Part shown: one piece after another, positions 48,356 to 56,900 of the stretch
How positions within the stretch are numbered: the first letter of the stretch is position 1
Layout of the letters: every line of letters starts with the position of its first letter
Origin: Candidatus Omnitrophota bacterium
GTDB taxonomy: Bacteria; Omnitrophota; Gorgyraeia; Duberdicusellales; 4484-171
Length of the DNA: 64,000 nucleotides
Reading direction: 5' to 3'
NCBI GenBank assembly: GCA_043815185.1
Contig: JBDRJF010000024.1
Coordinates: 533 to 64,532, forward strand
Made by a program: the position numbers and the translations under genes
Notes under the pieces: model-generated
Told to the model about the DNA's origin: nothing
The model's database searches: none
Seen by the model: the letters and a program-made list of their open reading frames with translations, nothing else

Positions 48356-49432
48356 CTATTGAAACCATTTTGCAAATATGCTGGTAAATTGTTCTCCTAA
48401 AATAGCTAAAGAGTACCTTTCTTCTATGGTCTTGCGGGCGGCTATTCCTACATTCTTGGATAAAACAGGGTTTTTTATAAGCTGCTCCATACTAGAAATA
48501 AACTCAATCTCGCTGGAGGCTAAAAATCCATTATACCCATTTTCAATTATATAGCTTGCTTCTCCAAGGCAAGATGCGACAACCGGTTTTGCTTTAGCCA
48601 TATATTCAAACAATTTTACCGGGCTTTTTGATAAATTAAAACGCGTTCTATCTAAAAGAGGCACCAAACCACAATCGACATTATCTAAATAAACAGGAAT
48701 ATGATTATAGTTAATCCACCCCTTATAAATTAGATTTGGGCAATTATAACTCCTAACTAACTCACTCAATTTTCTTTCAAATATTCCATCAGCGGCAATA
48801 AAAAGCTTAATAAAAGAATATTTTAGGTAAAGGGTTAAAAAGCACTCTATAATAAATTTTATATAGGCTATCAGTTCAATTCTATTAACTGATCCGTGCC
48901 AGGAGAATACAAAATCGTTTCTTCCTTTACGGGGAGAAGGCTTGAATTTATTTGTATCCACCGCTGTAGGAATATAGTAAACCGCTCTGTTGAATTGCGA
49001 GAGATAATTTTTTAAGTAATTGCTTGCGGCAACACAAAACATACTGTTTTTGGCCAATGAACGGCTAAGATATTCGGCTCTTGACCCTGGAGTTTCTCTT
49101 GCTTCCCAATCATCCATATCAAACACAGAAGGTACCTTTCGGAATTTCGAAACAAACCAGGCTGGCACTACATGGTAATTAAAGCGGTTTATGATGAAAA
49201 CTGAGTTTTTAGCTTCTTTTAAAAGTAACCTAAACCCTTTGTAAGCATATTTTAATTTTTCCCTAAGCGTAAATTCACTATCATCTTTACCTGATTTTGC
49301 TCCTAATCTGTCAACGAAGGAAAAAACAGATGAATCAAAACCTTTTTCTCTAAACTTTTCTGAAAAATCCCAGCAACGTATTCTTGCCCCTGGATTTTTA
49401 TAACCTTCCCGGGTTATAAAAATAAATTTCAT
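48356..49432 (-). CDS. Glycosyltransferase, GT4/GT-B family
   Basis: 358 aa with the C-terminal KLFEYMAKAKPVVAS ... NGYNGFL pattern. Confidence 0.75.
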   Translation of the reverse strand: MKFIFITREGYKNPGARIRCWDFSEKFREKGFDSSVFSFVDRLGAKSGKDDSEFTLREKLKYAYKGFRLLLKEAKNSVFIINRFNYHVVPAWFVSKFRKVPSVFDMDDWEARETPGSRAEYLSRSLAKNSMFCVAASNYLKNYLSQFNRAVYYIPTAVDTNKFKPSPRKGRNDFVFSWHGSVNRIELIAYIKFIIECFLTLYLKYSFIKLFIAADGIFERKLSELVRSYNCPNLIYKGWINYNHIPVYLDNVDCGLVPLLDRTRFNLSKSPVKLFEYMAKAKPVVASCLGEASYIIENGYNGFLASSEIEFISSMEQLIKNPVLSKNVGIAARKTIEERYSLAILGEQFTSIFAKWFQ

Positions 49433-50592
49433 TTTAATATTTTCTCATAGGCGCAAAGTAGGGAATCGGCAGTATAATACCAGTTGTACTTATCCTCAAC
49501 TCTGGCTCTTGCACCCTTAGCTAATCTTTTCCTCAAAATTCTGTCTCCCAGCAGTCTTAAAATGCCCCCGGCTAAAGAATGGAAATTTCCTTCTTCGGTT
49601 AAAACCGCACAGCCGCCGGCCATATTCCTTACCTCTCCTACAAGGCTTACCACGATGGGCTTACCACTTGCTAAATATTCCACAACTTTCAAAGGACTCT
49701 TGCACCGGCTAACTTCGGTTTCCTTAAATGGCGCGACACAGATATCGGCAGCAGCAATATATCTGGGGATATCCTTATGCTCAATTGCCCCGGTAAAAAT
49801 AATCTTTTCCTTCAACCCTAAATCGAAAACAAGCTTCTTTAGCTTATGCTCCAAGAACCCTTCTCCCACAATCATAAAGGAAACATTGTACTGTTTATGG
49901 AGAACTATATTGGCGGCCTTAATAAATAAGTCGGCATATTGAGCGCCGTGAAGCTGACCGACATATAAAACTAAATCCTCTTTTATGTTGTACTTCTTTT
50001 TAACTTCGCTTCCATCTAAACCAGGTTTAAATTTCTCTAAATCAGCACCTACCGGTGTATTAAAAATAAACTCTTTTTTTACTCCGAATTTATGGGTTAA
50101 TTCTTGCAAATAGCTGCTGGCACAAGAAACAGAGTCGGCTAGAACAGGAAGCCACCTCTCTAAAATCTTAAAAGAAACTCCGATAAATCTTGCATGCAGA
50201 CCTTTTCCGCAGGACTCATACCATATTTTTTCTTCCCAGTCGTCCCAATCATAATGAAGCGGCTTCTGAGTAATATAGGCGGCAATTACCGCCGGGATAG
50301 CCGCATAATGATGACACTTTTGAAAATGAACCACATCTGTCCACCTGGATAATTCAATAAGCTTTTTTGTATTTTTAATAAATACACTAGGTGACGGTGT
50401 TCTGTCTAGAGGAATTAATTCTAGGGAATTGACACTTTCAGGTATATTCTCGTATTTTAAGGTTAAAGGGAAATAGCATAATTTTACCTTATGATTCCGC
50501 TCTGTAAGTTTTCTGGCAATATTGCTAATCCTTGTTGTCCAGGGTTCGGATTTATCAAATAAATCATGAGGATGAATCATTAATATATTCAT
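49429..50592 (-). CDS. Glycosyltransferase, GT4/GT-B family
   Basis: 387 aa with PLKVVEYLASGKPIV and typical Glycos_transf_1 spacing. Confidence 0.8.
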   Translation of the reverse strand: MNILMIHPHDLFDKSEPWTTRISNIARKLTERNHKVKLCYFPLTLKYENIPESVNSLELIPLDRTPSPSVFIKNTKKLIELSRWTDVVHFQKCHHYAAIPAVIAAYITQKPLHYDWDDWEEKIWYESCGKGLHARFIGVSFKILERWLPVLADSVSCASSYLQELTHKFGVKKEFIFNTPVGADLEKFKPGLDGSEVKKKYNIKEDLVLYVGQLHGAQYADLFIKAANIVLHKQYNVSFMIVGEGFLEHKLKKLVFDLGLKEKIIFTGAIEHKDIPRYIAAADICVAPFKETEVSRCKSPLKVVEYLASGKPIVVSLVGEVRNMAGGCAVLTEEGNFHSLAGGILRLLGDRILRKRLAKGARARVEDKYNWYYTADSLLCAYEKILK

Positions 50593-50935
50593 TCTGCCAC
50601 AACCTCTTTATTCTTAACTAGGCCTGATTATTCACTTCTGGATCTTAAATTCCCTGATCACAACTGATATAATCACAGCCGAAAAAGCCTGTAGACAAAA
50701 TTATCTACTTTCTAAAATCAACGATATACTCCAAAGTAAAGTTTATCCACTCAGCAATTATGTTCGTTGCTCAACACCTAACCATAAATAAAGAGTCGAT
50801 TACCTAGATTTAATTCTCTTTTTGTAAAAAAAGAATTAAAGTTGACACCTACGACGAGACAAATCTATTCTTAATTAAAACAACTGTGTTACTGAGATTT
50901 TTTATAGCTTCCTCTCTAAAAAAATGTCTACTGGT

Positions 50936-51304
50936 CTACTCACCCAATAACCCTTTTACTTCGTTGATAATCTTTTCTTGCCCAGGCAACAATATATTTT
51001 CAACATTAGAAGGAAGAGCAGCTAATACTTCAGTAACTCCTATATCAATTTCGGTTTTCTTATAAACACAGACAATTGTATCCTTAAAAACCTTCGAAGC
51101 AATAGGCACCAACAGTTCCTGAATTTCAGTGTCGTTTAAATCCAATAAACCTCTTTCGTTGGGATATAATGCTGTATTGAGCCCGGCTTGAAAACATTCC
51201 ATAATTACTCCCTCATCCACGTCCTGACTGTAAACCTGCGGTTCCCAAGCAGAAAACGAAAATAGTACTATTAACACCGAGACTCCTAATGCTAATTTAA
51301 ACAT
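50936..51304 (-). CDS. Small secreted protein of unknown function
   Basis: ATG 51304 is preceded by GGAGGAGGTG. It has a signal-like N-terminus MFKLALGVSVLIVLFSFSA followed by an acidic mature part. It is the last gene of the radical SAM sub-operon. Confidence 0.5.
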   Translation of the reverse strand: MFKLALGVSVLIVLFSFSAWEPQVYSQDVDEGVIMECFQAGLNTALYPNERGLLDLNDTEIQELLVPIASKVFKDTIVCVYKKTEIDIGVTEVLAALPSNVENILLPGQEKIINEVKGLLGE

Positions 51305-51332
51305 CACGCCACCTCCTCCTGTTTTTTTAAAC

Positions 51333-53864
51333 CTACCGATTCTTTCTCCCTCCTAATAATACTTTATTATATAAAAGCATATAAATCCAGAAATATATTA
51401 TATACCCCAGGGTACATAAACAGATGAATGTCAAACCTATCCATTGTAAAAAGCTTCTTTTTTTCCTCCTGCGAGAAGTATTCATAGCAGTAAAACACTG
51501 CAGGCTGTTTATTTCCTTCTTAAGCATTTCAATAGCTTCTCCTTCAAAGCTAAAAGTTCTCTTGCCTAGCTTACACTCTTTGCCTTCTACGATATTAGCT
51601 TCCATAACCTTAATTCCATATTTAGCGGATAAATCGAGAAGCTTTTGTGCCCTCTCTTTCCTTATATTATAGTTATTACCGTCATAAGTCTCCCACAGAT
51701 AATGCCAATTCTCTTTAGGCAAAGGTTTCATGTTAAATCTATCTACACCTCTTTCATAGACTTCGGTACCGGCTATTAAATGAAGCGTGTTTATCGATTT
51801 GATCGTATTAATATACTTCCTGTTCCGTTTAATAAAGTTGCAGGTTTGCTTAAAGGCCATGGCATCTTCGCCGGGAAAACCGACTATTATAAATATTTCG
51901 GTTTCTATACCTGCTCGTTTTGCATATCGCACTGCGGATTCTGCTACTCTTATATTATAGGTTTTCCCCATGCTCTTTAAAACTTTATCCGAACCGCTTT
52001 CAACACCTATCTGCAGCTTACAGCATCCTGCTTTGTGCATATACTTAAAAAAATCACAATCCATATCTTCCCGTGGTGCAATTTGCCCAGACCACTTTAT
52101 CCCTAACTTTTTCTTAATAATTAATGAACAAATTCCCTGTAATTTTTTGATATCTCCGTTTAAAATAGAATCAACAACTGTAAATTCATCTATCCCATAT
52201 GTCCGCTTGTGATATTCCAATTCAGCTAAAACCCATTCTGGATCCTTAGCCCGGTAATAGGGAAAAATACACCAATTTTTACAAAAAGAACACCGGCTAT
52301 AGCAACCCCGCGACCATTCAACAAGCAATGATTTTCCGTATAAATCCATATTGAACTCTTCATAGGTCGGAAAAGGTATTTTTTCTAACTGATCCGTGGG
52401 ATAAGGAGAGCTCTCAGTCCATTTTCCGTTACTGAACAAGACTGTGCCGGGAATATTGGACAACTTCCCTCCTTCACCTATCCGCTGTAACAACTCAAGG
52501 CTTGCTTCTTCACCTTCCCCCACTACGAAAGCATCGATATGCACTCCAACGGTATCTAGGAATATTTGCCGCTGCTCGGGCGTTGATGTGGCTGGCCCAC
52601 CCAGAATAATCTTTGTCTTGGGCAGCACTTTTTTAATTCTTTTTATAAATTCGATGGTCACCCGCTCTTTAGGGTCAACTACAGAAAACCCAATTGTTAC
52701 CGGATTTATGCTAACAACGGCTTGAACAGCTTTGGCTATATCTTTCGAAAATATCTTCGATAAAAGCGGGAACGTGTTTACGTTTGACCAAAAATTCTTA
52801 TTCTCAACATGCCAAAGCATCCTATAATCTGGATGGTTGATAAAGAAATCTTTATTTAGATCCAAAACATTTATTTTCTTACCCTTATTGCGTAAATAAG
52901 AACTAAGATATCCTATGCCGACATGAGGATCCTCTTGAGCCCAGGGAGGAAGATTTAGTAACATAATATCAGGACGCTGTAAACTTTGATTTAAAACAGC
53001 TTCCTCACATCTTCTACACAAAAAATCATCTGCCATTTCTTGACGTCCATAGATGCTCTCCCAGATTTGTCTCCTCCTGCCATTCCAAACCTTATAAACA
53101 GTTTCGTTATTTAAGTCGCCCAGAATAACCTCTCTTCGCCAATCCATGCAACACAATATTACTTTTCCATCCTCAACTATATGGATCATTTTTTCTGCCC
53201 ATATCGACCTGCAACCGATAATATCACCCGTATTATGCACTTTCTCAATATCTTTTAGGTTGCCGGCGCGTGAGACTGGGCGATCAAAATAACTTATTCG
53301 CTCTATTCCTTTGTTTCGCCAGAACTGAATCGCTTCCTCTTTTTCATCTTCGCTTAGATACTTATGTTTTAAAAAAGTTATCATGAGATACTCTTTTATG
53401 TTTTTCTTTTTCTTAACCTTATCTATAAAACGAATCACTCTCTCAAGAGTAGATTTATAAGGTATCCCCATAGCCTTCTCTATTGTATCCTTATTGATTC
53501 CCTGAAAACTTATACCTAACCAATCCAAGCGAGATTCCAAAATTCTATCGGCCAGCGTTTCACTCAACAATACCCCATTAGTTAAAAGATGAACGCTCAC
53601 CTCAGGTAATCTCTCTTTAGCATAATTAATTCTTTCAATAAGGTGTTTATCGGTTAGTGGTTCGTTATTCATGTAGAGCATAATCCGTTCTACCTTGTTA
53701 AACTTACTACATTGATCAATTATTCTCTTATATAGCCCCATATCCATAACTCGCTGGGGAAACATATTTTTGGTGTCCGGATAAGGACAGAAAATACAAG
53801 AAGCATTACAGAGTGAAGTTGTTTGTATAGAAAAATGTGTAGGAAAGTCTAAGGAAGATCTCAT
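51333..53864 (-). CDS. Fusion protein: SPASM-type radical SAM module + B12-binding radical SAM module + C-terminal TM anchor
   Basis: 843 aa. Core 1 is CNASCIFC (aa 19-26), with Cys-rich GCRS...LCCMD...CRRCEE behind it. A B12-binding-like region spans aa ~300-460. Core 2 is CYSRCSFC (aa 521-528). A hydrophobic tail WIGLTFICLCTLGYIIYFWIYMLL closes the protein. Confidence 0.85.
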   Translation of the reverse strand: MRSSLDFPTHFSIQTTSLCNASCIFCPYPDTKNMFPQRVMDMGLYKRIIDQCSKFNKVERIMLYMNNEPLTDKHLIERINYAKERLPEVSVHLLTNGVLLSETLADRILESRLDWLGISFQGINKDTIEKAMGIPYKSTLERVIRFIDKVKKKKNIKEYLMITFLKHKYLSEDEKEEAIQFWRNKGIERISYFDRPVSRAGNLKDIEKVHNTGDIIGCRSIWAEKMIHIVEDGKVILCCMDWRREVILGDLNNETVYKVWNGRRRQIWESIYGRQEMADDFLCRRCEEAVLNQSLQRPDIMLLNLPPWAQEDPHVGIGYLSSYLRNKGKKINVLDLNKDFFINHPDYRMLWHVENKNFWSNVNTFPLLSKIFSKDIAKAVQAVVSINPVTIGFSVVDPKERVTIEFIKRIKKVLPKTKIILGGPATSTPEQRQIFLDTVGVHIDAFVVGEGEEASLELLQRIGEGGKLSNIPGTVLFSNGKWTESSPYPTDQLEKIPFPTYEEFNMDLYGKSLLVEWSRGCYSRCSFCKNWCIFPYYRAKDPEWVLAELEYHKRTYGIDEFTVVDSILNGDIKKLQGICSLIIKKKLGIKWSGQIAPREDMDCDFFKYMHKAGCCKLQIGVESGSDKVLKSMGKTYNIRVAESAVRYAKRAGIETEIFIIVGFPGEDAMAFKQTCNFIKRNRKYINTIKSINTLHLIAGTEVYERGVDRFNMKPLPKENWHYLWETYDGNNYNIRKERAQKLLDLSAKYGIKVMEANIVEGKECKLGKRTFSFEGEAIEMLKKEINSLQCFTAMNTSRRRKKRSFLQWIGLTFICLCTLGYIIYFWIYMLLYNKVLLGGRKNR

Positions 53865-53911
53865 AGTATATTAACGCTCCGCAAATTCATACTGTTTGGA
53901 CAAAAGGAAAT

Positions 53912-56900
53912 TTAAGGCTCTCGTTTACCGGCACCTCCACTGGTGATTATTTTATGAGTCGTTTGATTATGCATTAAATTATCACACTCTTTTGCGCAGG
54001 CTATATCGTTAAAATATACGTTGCTTTTCGGTAAGTACTTTGCTTTCGACCGAAATTCATTATATTGATCCGAAAACCATATCTCTTCAAACAGTTTATT
54101 GTTTATATTGCCCATTATCTTTTTTACTCCCCGGCAGCAAGGAACAATATTGCCATCTGCCAATACCCTGGTAAAAGTCCAGCCTGCATAGCAAGGAATT
54201 TGATCAACAGTAAATCGATCATATTGGCCTTTTCTAAAGTCTGCGTCGGATTGAGCCAGCCTGCTTAAAAATCCATCGAAGAACTCTAAGTGGATATTAT
54301 CTTTTTTGCTTCTTTCTTTAATCTCTAAAGAATTATTTAATACATTTTTTCTTTCTTCGTCATTCATAGCCAGTTTATCGGTTTGCCCGGCAAAAACATC
54401 AGCAATAGTAAAATAAAGAGCGTCGGCACCGTATTGCAGGCCAAATTCATACATCCCTTTAAAATCATGATGGTTAGAGCTCATCATCACATTGGCAAAA
54501 GTAATTCGCGGTTTATTCCTCCGCGTTTCTTTTAAATAAAACAAATTTTCTTTTAACTTCTCAAAATAAGCAAATGAAGTTCCCGGATGAACCTGACTGT
54601 AAATCTTAGGTGTGGACGCCCAAATACTTACACACAATTCTTCTAAGTTTAAATCTATAAGCTTTTTTATCTGTTTTTTAGAAACTAATCCAAAATTGGT
54701 AGTTATAGCTACCTGTAATTGCTTTTCCCGGGCAAATTCTATAATTTCCATCAAATCTGCATATATAAAAGGCTCTCCGCCGCCGGTAAACCGGATTTTT
54801 TTTGTGCCTAAAGAAGCCAGATCTTCTATTAACCTGAAAAGCCTGTCTTTCGGTAATTCTTTCCCTAACCACTCTTGAGAAGGCTTATCTTTATTCAACA
54901 ACGGTGAATAAAGCCAGCACGATATACACTTTAAACTGCATCTATTAGTAATGTCAACCACTACCTGTTCTGGGCCCGTAAACGCTCTTCTACCATGAAT
55001 AATACCAGCAATCACAGGATTCTTATCATATTCCATATAGCTCTTTTCTCTTGAAAATATCAGCTTGCGTGCAATCTTTAAGATATTGGCTGTACATCTA
55101 AGCAATACCTTCTCTGAAAAACTTAGCAGCTGCATCCTGTTGTGCATCCAGGTATTTCTGCCGATATCATCACAGCTTTTATAACAACCGGCTTCTTCTA
55201 TCTTAGGATCATTGCCGATAAGCCTAAAAAACGGATCATCCTTTTTATAAGTTAATGTCTTGTTTCTAAAATATTCTTGTTTCTCTGAATTCCATATTTC
55301 AAAGAATCTATTTAGGTATAAAGAACCTGTGGGAATTCGATGGGCTTTAAGACAAGAGTGCACTTGGCCATTGGGGATTACTCTTGCAAAAAGCCAGCCG
55401 ATATAGCAGGGCATATTGTCAATAATATTACGGTCATATTTTGCCTGTTTCGCATCGCTGGACACTGAGATTCTCCTTAAAAACTGGTCAAACTGAAAAA
55501 TTAACACGCCGTTTTTCTTAAATTTATTTTGCTTATCTAACCGGGATTGGATTTCGATACAGGAACCATGCAGTTGTTTAAGCTGTGCTTCATTTAAGGA
55601 AAGAGTATCCGTGGCCCCGGGCATAGTATCAACCACGGTAAATTCCAGAGACTCGGCTTTGATTTCCCCGGCAAACTCAACCATCCCCTGAGCTTCAAAA
55701 TAATTCATATTAAAAATAACATTGTAAAGTTTAATGTAAGGCTTATCTTTTTTGCGGCTGTTAAGATAAATTAAATTTTCTTTTATTTTGTAAAAATCCT
55801 GGCTGCTGCGGCCGGGGTGAGTTTTTACATAAGTGTCTGCCGTTGCCGCCCAGGTGCTTACAGTAAGAAAATCTACCCCTATATTTATAAGACGATCCAG
55901 CCTTTCTTTATTGAGTAGAGTAAAATTGGTATTAACATGACAGATTAAGTTCTTCCTTTTAGTATATTCTAAAACCTCCATAATTTGGGGGTGCATAAAC
56001 GGCTCGCCGCTGCCGGAAAAATATACTTCTGTTGCACCCACACAAGATATCTCATCTAAAAGCTCCTTAACCATCTCTAAGGGTAGATATTGTTCTTTTT
56101 CTTCCTTGGATAATCGCGGTACTTTAAAAAGAGGGGAATTACACCAGCAGGCAATACAGGAATTGTTACAATTATTAGTCAGGTCTATCTGAACATGAAA
56201 CGGGCCCTTATATCCATATTCCTTATCATATATGCCCAACATTTCCAAATACCTATCTTTCAGATAAGACATCTTTAAATTTTTGCGTATTTTCTTCAAG
56301 GCAGTCTTAAACCCCTTTTTTAATATGATTTTTTTTATAAATGAAAAATAACTGCTAGAAACTTCGTTTACGGCAATAGATACTAGCCTCTCCTTTTTAG
56401 TAATTATAAACTTCTCTATATGGGGGATAACATCTCGGGATTGAATCCTTAGAATATGCTCGCCTTTATCTAAAACAATATCCACCTCTTTATTCCACTT
56501 TAAATATTTAGAAGTCCAACCACCAGTCACACAAGCTAATCCATCTTTTTTAATCAATTTATTATCAATATAGATATCAACAGGCCTAAAATCATCACAT
56601 GCATACTTTGCATATAGACTATATTTGCCCATTTTTGCAATCCAAACTCCATACTCGGCATAACTTCCGCCTGTCCCTCCATCTATTACAATACCTTTAC
56701 CAAAACTATGCCGGCAATTAGCATTAAGATTTCCCCTAATAAAATTTTTTGCTTTGATGCCAATAGTATGTGCCGTATTAATACGTCCTGCCTTTGCGCT
56801 TTCTTCCTGCTTAAACCTTTTATGGATTTTTAAATTCATACCCCAGTTGTCACAACTTTTAATGCAATTTAGCTTAGAAAAGTACTTATCGCTTTTTGGC

